From: Gemmatimonadaceae bacterium
GTDB taxonomy: Bacteria; Gemmatimonadota; Gemmatimonadetes; Gemmatimonadales; Gemmatimonadaceae
Direction of reading: 5' to 3'
Length of the DNA: 64,000 nucleotides
Assembly: GCA_025928335.1 (NCBI GenBank)
Contig: JAICJQ010000004.1
Span: forward strand, 6,228 to 70,227
Shown: one piece after another, positions 56,518 through 64,000 of the stretch
Position numbering within the stretch: the first letter of the stretch is position 1
How the letters are laid out: every line of letters starts with the position of its first letter
The notes under the pieces: generated by a model
What the model saw: only the letters and a program-made list of their open reading frames with translations
Told to the model about the DNA's origin: nothing
The model's database searches: none
Made by a program: the position numbers and the translations under genes

Positions 56518-56703
56518 TGGTGCTCGCGTTGGTCCGAGTCCCCGGGCCGGCTGGGGGGCCGCGCCGACGCGGATGCTATCGGTCAAGACGCGGGCTGGCT
56601 AGAGGCCGAGCCCGATTTGACCCATACTCGACGGAGGCGACCCTAGCGATCCCTCGGTGCCGAGGGGCAGAATAATCCCGACCTCAATCCCCGGACTGGC
56701 CAG

Positions 56704-59700
56704 ATGTCACGCCGCTCTCACAGGCTGCAGCGCGCAATCGCCGCAACGCTTGGCGTCGCTCCGCTCGCCGTCGGCGCTGCGCAAACGCGCATGCTCCGAT
56801 CTCCCACCGTCAGCAAAACCCAAATCGCCTTCGCCTACGCGAACAACATCTGGACGGTCGATCGTAGCGGCGGCTTGGCACGCCGGCTGACGAGCTTCCA
56901 GGGCACGACGGAGAATCCGAAGTTCTCGCCCGATGGAAAACTGATTGCCTTCAGCGCGCAGTACGCCGGGAACGTCGACGTCTACGTCATCCCGGCCGAA
57001 GGCGGCGAGCCGAAACGGCTCACATGGCACCCGGGGGCCGACGTCGTTCAAGGATGGACGCCCGACGGCAAGTCCGTCGTCTTCGCGTCACCGCGAGCGA
57101 CAGCTGCACCGACCGCTGCACCGCGCTTCTGGACGGTCCCTGTTGAAGGGGGCGTGGAGCAGCCGATGGCGTTGCCGCGCGCATATCAGGGCAAGATCTC
57201 GCCTGACGGCCGCCACATCGCGTACCGCATGAACAACTCGTGGGACGAAGAGCGGCGAAACTATCGCGGCGGACAGAATCGCCCGATCTGGATCGTCGAT
57301 CTCAAATCCTACGATCTCGAGACGACGCCCAATGGCACGGCGACGGATCTCGTGGTCGCGCAGGCGGGCGCGCCGCGCGGTTCCGCGCATTTCACGCCGA
57401 ACAACCCCGAATCCAAGAACATGGATCCGGTGTGGGTCGGCAACGACGTCGTCGATTTCATCTCCGACCGCGACGGCGTCGCGAACGTGTGGAGCTACGA
57501 CTCGAAGACCAAAAAGCTGTCGCAACTCACGTCCTTCTCCGATTTCGACGTGAAAGCGCTCGACGCGGCGTCCGATGGCGACGCCATCGTGTTCGAGCAA
57601 GCCGGCAACATCCACCTCATGGAGAAAGGCGGAAAGGACCACGTCGTGAACATCACGGCAGCGGGCGACTTCCCGTGGATGATGCCGCAATGGAAGGACG
57701 TCACCGCCAACATGACGAACATGACGCTCTCGCCGACGGGGAAGCGCATCGCCGTGGAAGCGCGCGGTGAGATCTTCACGATCCCGGCCGAGCGCGGCGA
57801 CATTAGAAATCTCACAAACTCCAGCGCGTCCGCCGAGCGCGAACCCGCGTGGTCGCCCGACGGCAAATCACTGTCGTATTTCAGCGACCGCTCGGGCGAA
57901 TATGCGTTATACATCGAGGCGGCCGATGGTCTGACCCCGCCACGCGAGATCAAGATTCCAACCACCGGCCATTTCTACACCGCCGCGTGGTCGCCGGACG
58001 GCAAGCGGATCATGTTCCACGACACCAACCTGAAGTTGTGGGTCGTGGACGTGGCGACGGGACAGGCGAAGGTCGTCGGCAACGATCCGTGGATGGTGCC
58101 GGCGCGTACGATGAATCCGGCGTGGTCTCCCGACGGGAAATGGATCGCCTACGCCAAGCACTTGAATTCATTGTACAAAGCGATCGAGGTCGTGAACGTC
58201 GAGACGGGTGTGGCCAAGCAGGTGACGGACGGCCTCGCCGACGCGATCACGCCGGCATGGGACGCGAGCGGGAAGTACCTCTGGTTCCTCGCCTCGACGG
58301 ACTTCGGGCTGCGCTCCCAGTGGCTCGACATGACCAACAACGATCACATCGAGAACTTCGGTCTCTACGCCGTGGTGTTGCGCAAGAATGATCCGTCGCC
58401 GTTCCTGCCGGAAAGCGACGAAGAAGGCGCGGCGCCGGCGGGCGGCGGCTTTTCCGGGGGCGGACGTGCCGGCCGCGGTGGCGGCGTAGCAGCGGCAGCA
58501 GGTGACAGCTCGGGCGGCACGGGCGAACGCCCCGCGGCGCCGCGAGCACCAATGCCGAACGTGCAAATCGATTTCGACGGTCTACAGCATCGCATCCTGA
58601 CCGTGCCCGGCATCGCCGAACACCAATATTCGAATCTGAAAGCGGGTGCCGCGGGGATGGTGTACTTCCTCGAGGCCGGGGCTGGCGGCGGCGGTCGGGG
58701 TGGCGCGGGTGGGTCGACGCTGCACCGCTATTCGCTGCGCGATCATCGGGACCTGCAGTTCGTTTCCGGCGCGTCGGACTATGATGTCAGCGCCGATGGC
58801 CACAAGCTCGTCTACCGCGCCGGCGGCGGTGGTGGCGGGGGACGCGGTCGTGGCGGCGCAGGGGGCGCCGGTGGTGGCCCGGGCCTATTCCTGGCCGACG
58901 CCGACCGCACTCCGCCCCAGGCCGGTCAGGGCCGAATCAATGCCGATCTCCGCGCATACGTCGACCCGAAGGCGGAGTTCAAGCAGATCTTCGACGAAGC
59001 GTGGCGCAATCAGCGCGATTACCTGTACGTCACCAACGAACACGGCGCCGATTGGCCAAGGATCAAGCAGATGTACTCGCAGTTCGTGCCGTTCGTGAAT
59101 CATCGCGCCGATCTGAACTATCTCGTCGACATGATGGGCGCCGAGATCTCGATCGGACACTCGTACGTTCGCGGCGGCGACATGCCCGACATCCCCGCCG
59201 CCGTGCCCGGCGGGCTACTTGGCGCCGACTTCGCGATCGAGAACGGACGCTATCGCATCACGAAGATCTACGATGAGGAAAATTGGAATCCGGATCTTCG
59301 CGCGCCGTTGGCGGCGCCGGGCGTCGATGTTCGCGTCGGCGACTACATCCTGGCGATCAATGGACAGGACCTGAAGGCGCCCGACAACATTTATCGACTG
59401 TTGGATGGAACCGCGAACAAGCAGACCGCACTCGTCGTGAACGCGACACCGACCGCGGATGGAGCTCGTCACGTCACCGTCGTGCCGGTGGCGACCGAGC
59501 AGAACTTGCGCACGCGCGCCTGGGTCGAGAACAACAGGCGAATCGTCGACTCCCTGTCGCACGGCCAGCTCGCGTACGTGTATCTGCCGAATACCGGCGT
59601 CCCGGGCTACACGAGCTTCAACCGGTATTACTTCGCACAGCAGGACAAGAAGGGCGCCGTGATCGATGAGCGATACAACGGCGGCGGACAGGCGGCGGAC

Positions 59701-60198
59701 TACATCATCGACGTGCTCCAGCGCGACTTCGACGGCTACTTCAACAACGTGGCCGGCGACCGCATGCCGTTCACCAGCCCCGCGGCGGGCATCTGGGGTC
59801 CGAAGGTGATGATCATCAACGAAATGGCGGGATCGGGCGGCGATCTCATGCCATACATGTTCCGCTACCGCAAGATCGGGACGCTGGTCGGCAAGCGGAC
59901 GTGGGGTGGCTTGGTGCATACCGCCGACACACCGCCGTTCGTCGACGGCGGCTCAGCCATCGCGCCGCGCGGTGGATTCTTCGCCCGAGATGGGAAGTGG
60001 GCCGTGGAGAACGAAGGTGTCGCGCCGGACATCGACGTCGAGAACACGCCGAAGGAGGTCATCGGCGGGCACGACCCGCAGCTCGAGACAGCGGTCGAGG
60101 AAGCAATGAAGCAGCTTCAGGCGCACCCGGTGGACCGCGCGACGAAGGAGCCGCCGCCGCCGACTTGGGGTAAGCGCATCAAGCCGCCGATGCACTAA
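56704..60198 (+). CDS. Tricorn protease homolog (S41B)
   Basis: Propeller repeats (SPDG), PDZ, IDERYNGGG, AGSGGD, GKRTWGG, VENEGVAPD. Confidence 0.94.
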   Translation: MSRRSHRLQRAIAATLGVAPLAVGAAQTRMLRSPTVSKTQIAFAYANNIWTVDRSGGLARRLTSFQGTTENPKFSPDGKLIAFSAQYAGNVDVYVIPAEGGEPKRLTWHPGADVVQGWTPDGKSVVFASPRATAAPTAAPRFWTVPVEGGVEQPMALPRAYQGKISPDGRHIAYRMNNSWDEERRNYRGGQNRPIWIVDLKSYDLETTPNGTATDLVVAQAGAPRGSAHFTPNNPESKNMDPVWVGNDVVDFISDRDGVANVWSYDSKTKKLSQLTSFSDFDVKALDAASDGDAIVFEQAGNIHLMEKGGKDHVVNITAAGDFPWMMPQWKDVTANMTNMTLSPTGKRIAVEARGEIFTIPAERGDIRNLTNSSASAEREPAWSPDGKSLSYFSDRSGEYALYIEAADGLTPPREIKIPTTGHFYTAAWSPDGKRIMFHDTNLKLWVVDVATGQAKVVGNDPWMVPARTMNPAWSPDGKWIAYAKHLNSLYKAIEVVNVETGVAKQVTDGLADAITPAWDASGKYLWFLASTDFGLRSQWLDMTNNDHIENFGLYAVVLRKNDPSPFLPESDEEGAAPAGGGFSGGGRAGRGGGVAAAAGDSSGGTGERPAAPRAPMPNVQIDFDGLQHRILTVPGIAEHQYSNLKAGAAGMVYFLEAGAGGGGRGGAGGSTLHRYSLRDHRDLQFVSGASDYDVSADGHKLVYRAGGGGGGGRGRGGAGGAGGGPGLFLADADRTPPQAGQGRINADLRAYVDPKAEFKQIFDEAWRNQRDYLYVTNEHGADWPRIKQMYSQFVPFVNHRADLNYLVDMMGAEISIGHSYVRGGDMPDIPAAVPGGLLGADFAIENGRYRITKIYDEENWNPDLRAPLAAPGVDVRVGDYILAINGQDLKAPDNIYRLLDGTANKQTALVVNATPTADGARHVTVVPVATEQNLRTRAWVENNRRIVDSLSHGQLAYVYLPNTGVPGYTSFNRYYFAQQDKKGAVIDERYNGGGQAADYIIDVLQRDFDGYFNNVAGDRMPFTSPAAGIWGPKVMIINEMAGSGGDLMPYMFRYRKIGTLVGKRTWGGLVHTADTPPFVDGGSAIAPRGGFFARDGKWAVENEGVAPDIDVENTPKEVIGGHDPQLETAVEEAMKQLQAHPVDRATKEPPPPTWGKRIKPPMH

Positions 60199-60218
60199 CG
60201 CACGGCGGAAGCAACGAA

Positions 60219-60251
60219 CGAAAGGGGCAACCGAGTTGGTTGCCCCTTTCG
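60219..60251. terminator. Hairpin terminator between convergent genes
   Basis: CGAAAGGGGCAACC-gagtt-GGTTGCCCCTTTCG perfect 14-bp stem. Confidence 0.85.
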
Positions 60252-60261
60252 GTTCTCGGCA

Positions 60262-60864
60262 TCATCGTGCTATGCGCTCGAGCCTGGGCGGACGCTTCCC
60301 GTGACGAACCGCGCCGATCACCGGTTCGTACTCCAGTTCACGACAATCGCGCGCATGACGGAGGAGTAGGCCGCCGCGGCTCATATCTCCACGCCCGACG
60401 AACGTGGACGGAAAGACGAGCCGCTTTCCGAAAACCGCGGTCAACGTGTCGCAGTACTTCCCCGTCGCGATGCTTCCGAGCAAGACGACCAACGATTCGG
60501 CGTGAAGACGATCCCCGAGCTCTTCGGCGTGCCTTCGCAGCGGCGCCACGTATCGCTCGCCTGCGGTCGCCAGATCAACTTTCGCGAACGCTAACAGATC
60601 GGTCCGCGTGATCATGGTGCCGGGCGTGACGAGCCCACGATCGGTCGTGATGACGAACCCGCCGGCCGGCTGCCCGAACGCGGTCGCGTAGGCGAGTTTG
60701 CCGCGGAAATAGAGGCCGCTCAGGAAGCTGAATACTTCACCGATCGGAGCGCCTTCCGGCGCACGAATGCGCCGCGCCAGATCGAACGTCGCCGCGGGAT
60801 TCAACAGCATCTGCGCGCGCCGGCCGTCGCAACGGGCCGGGGAAAGCAAGAACACACGACTCAT
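60262..60864 (-). CDS. Hypothetical protein
   Basis: MSRVFLLSPA..., FLSGLYFRGKLAYA, VLLGSIATGKY, FVGRGDMSRGGLLLR look like a folded domain; function not recognised. Confidence 0.7.
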   Translation of the reverse strand: MSRVFLLSPARCDGRRAQMLLNPAATFDLARRIRAPEGAPIGEVFSFLSGLYFRGKLAYATAFGQPAGGFVITTDRGLVTPGTMITRTDLLAFAKVDLATAGERYVAPLRRHAEELGDRLHAESLVVLLGSIATGKYCDTLTAVFGKRLVFPSTFVGRGDMSRGGLLLRHARDCRELEYEPVIGAVRHGKRPPRLERIAR

Positions 60865-61060
60865 TCGCAGAAGTCTATACTCGTGTCTTCGCGCCGAATA
60901 TCGTGAGCGGTCCGCCCGTGGGGCCGGGAAGGCGAGGGGCACCGCACAAAGTCGGTCGTGACAAGTGGATCATTCTCTCCTACAATACGGCGAAACCCGC
61001 CGAGTCCGCCACACGTTATTTGAGTGGATGGCTCGACCTCCCGTTCCGAGGTGATCGTCG

Positions 61061-61264
61061 GTGCAGCTCTCCATTCTCGTGTTGAATCTCGTCTACGCCG
61101 CATTGGGCGTGGTGCTGATGTACGTGAGCTATCGGATTATCGACCGGCTCACGCCCGAGGTGGATTTCCCGGCGGAGCTCAAGCGCGGCAACATCGCCGT
61201 GGCGATCTTCATCGCCGCGCTGTTCATCGCCATCGCGCTCATCGTTGGGCGCGCGATCAGCTGA
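61061..61264 (+). CDS. DUF350-type small membrane protein
   Basis: DRLTPEVDFPAELKRGNIAVAI between two TM helices; GAGGTG RBS. Confidence 0.8.
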   Translation: MQLSILVLNLVYAALGVVLMYVSYRIIDRLTPEVDFPAELKRGNIAVAIFIAALFIAIALIVGRAIS

Positions 61265-61266
61265 CG

Positions 61267-61911
61267 ATGCGCCTCGCTGCCGCCTCCGCGCTGGCGTTTG
61301 CGCTGTGCTCATCCGCGAGCGCTCAGGATACCGCCTCGACGCGCACGACGCTCGGCAAAGCGACGGATGTCTTCGAGCGCGCCGCCTCGGCGCGCGCGGC
61401 GAAGAAGGTGAGCGAGCGCTATGACCCCGCGTTTCGGAAATACACGAAGCGATATTTCGGCCCGGCGTTCGACTGGCGCTATTTCAAGGCGCAGGGGTTC
61501 GCGGAAAGTGGACTCAAGCCGAACGCGACCAGCTGGGTCGGCGCACGTGGCGTGATGCAGTTGATGCCATCGACCTACCAGGAGATTGCATCGCACCGGC
61601 CGGAGTTCGGACCGATTGATCAACCCGAGTGGAACATCGCCGCGGGGATCATGCACGACCGTTACCTGTGGAATCTGTGGCTCAACACAGTCCCGGATGA
61701 CGAACGGCATCGGTTTATGTTTGCGAGCTACAACGCCGGCGAAGGAACGATCAACCGCGCCTTCGCCGCCGCGAAATCCAAAGGCAGCGTCCCCGCCTGG
61801 TCGAGCATCGAGCTGATCGCCCCGACGGTTCAACGGTGGCGCTACAGCGAGACGCTCGGCTACGTCAGGCGGATCGACAGTACCTACGCGAGGCTCACCG
61901 GGATCCGGTGA
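61267..61911 (+). CDS. Lytic transglycosylase (SLT domain), exported
   Basis: AESG catalytic Glu, GARGVMQLMP, ASYNAG, ETLGYV. Confidence 0.9.
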   Translation: MRLAAASALAFALCSSASAQDTASTRTTLGKATDVFERAASARAAKKVSERYDPAFRKYTKRYFGPAFDWRYFKAQGFAESGLKPNATSWVGARGVMQLMPSTYQEIASHRPEFGPIDQPEWNIAAGIMHDRYLWNLWLNTVPDDERHRFMFASYNAGEGTINRAFAAAKSKGSVPAWSSIELIAPTVQRWRYSETLGYVRRIDSTYARLTGIR

Positions 61912-61918
61912 GGGCTCG

Positions 61919-63181
61919 CTACACAGGGATTTCGATCGATTCGCTTTGTTTCGTGAAAAACCGCGGACCGCTTTCCGTCACGTGCAGACAATCCTCGAGG
62001 CGAATTCCAAACTCGCCGTAGATCACGATCGTCGGTTCGTCGCTGAAGCACATCCCCGGTTGGATCTTCGTCGTGTTCCCTTTGACGAAATTCGTCCACT
62101 CGTGACCATCGAGACCGATGCCGTGGCCGGTGCGGTGTGGCAGACCGGGGACCTTGTAACCGGGGCCGAAACCGGCATCGCCAATCACTTTTCGCGCAGC
62201 CGCGTCCACTGATTCGCACGTCGCACCGACCTTCGCCGCGGCGAAGGCTGCATTCTGCGCCTTCTTCTCGATGTCCCAGACGTCGCGCTGGCGCTGCGTT
62301 GCTTTGCCGAACACCGTCGTGCGCGTAATGTCGGACGTGTAGCCCTCGACGGTGCATCCCGCGTCGATGAGGACGACGTCGCCCTCCTTCAGCTTTTGCG
62401 GCTGGACGCTACCGTGCGGAAATGCCGTGTACTTCCCGAAGATCACCAGTGCACCGTCGGCGTTCCCGCCGAGCTTCTTGGTAGCCGCGGCGACGTTGGC
62501 GCCCAACTCCTGGTTGGTCATTCCTTCTTTCATCGACTTGAATGACGTGTTGATCGCCTGAAGCGTAATGTCGTTCGCGCGCTGCATCAGCGCGATTTCA
62601 GCGGGCGACTTGATCATGCGACAGCCGGCCGTCACCGGAGTCGCGCTGACGAATTGAGCGCCCGGCAGTCGTTGACGCACGCCATCGAAGATGAAAAACC
62701 GAACCCGCTCCTCGAAGCCAACCTTGCCGGCCGCGGCGCCACGATCGCGCAGGATGCCGGCGATCACCTCGTACGGACTTTCGTCTTCCTGCCAAACGCG
62801 TACGTCATTCGAGAACTTGATCAGCTCACGCGCGCGCTGCTCCTCGAACGCCGGGGTGACCCACGCGAGCTCGCCTTTCGCCGGAATGACAACGCCGAAC
62901 GTGCGCTCGCTGTTTCCCCACCGTACGCCGGTGAAGTACACCATGCTCGAGCCGCCCTCGAGAAACATCGCGGCGATGCCGTTGTCGGCCATCAGCCGCC
63001 TCGCTTTCTCGATGCGTGCGCGTCGCTCGTCGTCGGTGATCGGCGCGGGCGCTCCCTGTGGTTGTATGAGAAGCCTCTCGATTGATGTCGTGGCGCGCTC
63101 CGCGCCGGCGAGCACCGGCTGAGCGACGGCGAGCGCACCGGCCGCGCCGGCGGATGTGCGAACGAAAGAACGGCGATCCAT
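61919..63181 (-). CDS. Xaa-Pro peptidase family (M24), Tat-exported
   Basis: MDRRSFV Tat motif; PHG, IDAGC..EGYTSDITRT, HRTGHGIGLDGHE, SDEP, GIRLED. Confidence 0.92.
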   Translation of the reverse strand: MDRRSFVRTSAGAAGALAVAQPVLAGAERATTSIERLLIQPQGAPAPITDDERRARIEKARRLMADNGIAAMFLEGGSSMVYFTGVRWGNSERTFGVVIPAKGELAWVTPAFEEQRARELIKFSNDVRVWQEDESPYEVIAGILRDRGAAAGKVGFEERVRFFIFDGVRQRLPGAQFVSATPVTAGCRMIKSPAEIALMQRANDITLQAINTSFKSMKEGMTNQELGANVAAATKKLGGNADGALVIFGKYTAFPHGSVQPQKLKEGDVVLIDAGCTVEGYTSDITRTTVFGKATQRQRDVWDIEKKAQNAAFAAAKVGATCESVDAAARKVIGDAGFGPGYKVPGLPHRTGHGIGLDGHEWTNFVKGNTTKIQPGMCFSDEPTIVIYGEFGIRLEDCLHVTESGPRFFTKQSESIEIPV

Positions 63182-63254
63182 GACTTCTCCAAGGTACGAT
63201 CGGAGCCGCAATGGTACCCGCCGGCGGCGGCGCGGGCAATTCCCGCCCTTCAGG

Positions 63255-63737
63255 CTACTTCGCGTTCGACATCACCTTGATGAGCTGGATCTGTCCGGCG
63301 TGGTAGATCGCATGGCACGTGACGCCCAAGACGAGATTGAGCCTCGCCCGCTCATCGAGCGGCGATGACCCGGCGTTCGTGGCGATGTCGGCCACCACCG
63401 CGGCCAACCGCTCCTGGGTCGCGTCGACCGTACTGCGAACGTCGTCCCACGACAGGGTGTTTCCGGGAAGCTCGAACCAATCGCTCCCTTCGAGAACGAA
63501 CGCTCCCGGCGCCTGTCCCGTGAGCTGACCGATCACCGAATGGGCGCAAAATGCATGGTGCAACGCGATTTCCGCGATGTTGTGCCGGCCGACACCTGGA
63601 CGCCAGAACGCCGTAGTATCTGATATGTCGGCGATTGCCGCCTTGAGATCGGCGCCGTGCCACGCGCCCGGTCCGTATCCCTCTTCGAGCACGCGTGGAA
63701 GAATGCTCGAATCAATGCTGGTTGCTACGCTAGCCAC
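63255..63737 (-). CDS. DinB/YfiT family protein
   Basis: GAWHG, RHNIAEIALH, HAIYHAGQI metal-binding His pattern. Confidence 0.85.
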   Translation of the reverse strand: MASVATSIDSSILPRVLEEGYGPGAWHGADLKAAIADISDTTAFWRPGVGRHNIAEIALHHAFCAHSVIGQLTGQAPGAFVLEGSDWFELPGNTLSWDDVRSTVDATQERLAAVVADIATNAGSSPLDERARLNLVLGVTCHAIYHAGQIQLIKVMSNAK

Positions 63738-63764
63738 GTTCCCCTCGGACGTTAAATTTCCAAC

Positions 63765-64000
63765 ATGCTAATGCACGGCCGTGCAGACGTCTTGGCAAAA
63801 ATTGCAGCCGGCACGGCGGCGGCGGTTCGCGATCGCCACCTGCGGGGCGCGCCGGGAGACGCCGTCGCCAAGCCGCTCGCGCGAGGCGACGGCTGGTCCG
63901 TCGTCGATGTCGTCTGCACCTGCGGCCCGAGCGACCGGGTCTTCGAAGAAGTACACACCCGACAGTCGATCGGCGTCGTGCTCTCGGGAACGTTTCAGCA
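63765..64000 (+). CDS. Probable AraC-family regulator, N-terminal part (runs off the window; absent from the ORF track)
   Basis: Open frame ...PLARGDGWSVVDVVCTCGPSDRVFEEVHTRQSIGVVLSGTFQ is cupin-like; the HTH is not visible in this window. Confidence 0.55.
   Translation, partial: MLMHGRADVLAKIAAGTAAAVRDRHLRGAPGDAVAKPLARGDGWSVVDVVCTCGPSDRVFEEVHTRQSIGVVLSGTFQ

Noticed and set aside
60865..61060. Possible riboswitch upstream of the DUF350-SLT genes
   Set aside because: Could not match c-di-AMP (ydaO) or c-di-GMP consensus elements by eye; an Rfam/Infernal scan would be needed.

Overview
GC-rich bacterial chromosomal segment with about 57 genes; the gene style suggests Gemmatimonadota (inference only). 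It contains: (i) about ten mostly exported peptidases (M28, 2x M1, CtpA-type S41, tricorn S41, S9B, M16, 2x M24, M20); (ii) a largely Tat-exported 3-ketoglycoside-type sugar catabolism cluster (TIM-barrel isomerase/lyase, GMC oxidoreductase plus small subunit, 2x Gfo/Idh/MocA, DUF1080, MFS permease) beside a GH20 hexosaminidase; (iii) a GH15, glucose dehydrogenase and gluconokinase trio; (iv) glnA, mqnD, ligD, a cold-shock protein, a desaturase and a cardiolipin synthase-like gene. No rRNA, tRNA, CRISPR array, integrase or transposase was recognised. Most notable: a C-terminally membrane-anchored protein with degenerate [FeFe]-hydrogenase/Nar1 H-cluster motifs divergent from a Crp/Fnr regulator (2052-4401); a lone plasmid-type replication initiator among chromosomal genes (19726-20580); an acidic/histone-H1-like bipartite protein upstream of a sensor-less degenerate histidine kinase and a MerR-like regulator (22724-24782); a 1.1-kb stretch of three broken genes not resolved in the ORF track (42457-43532); and a dispersed GGCGACG heptamer repeat, one copy in frame inside a gene. 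All calls come from reading motifs by eye; no database searches were run.
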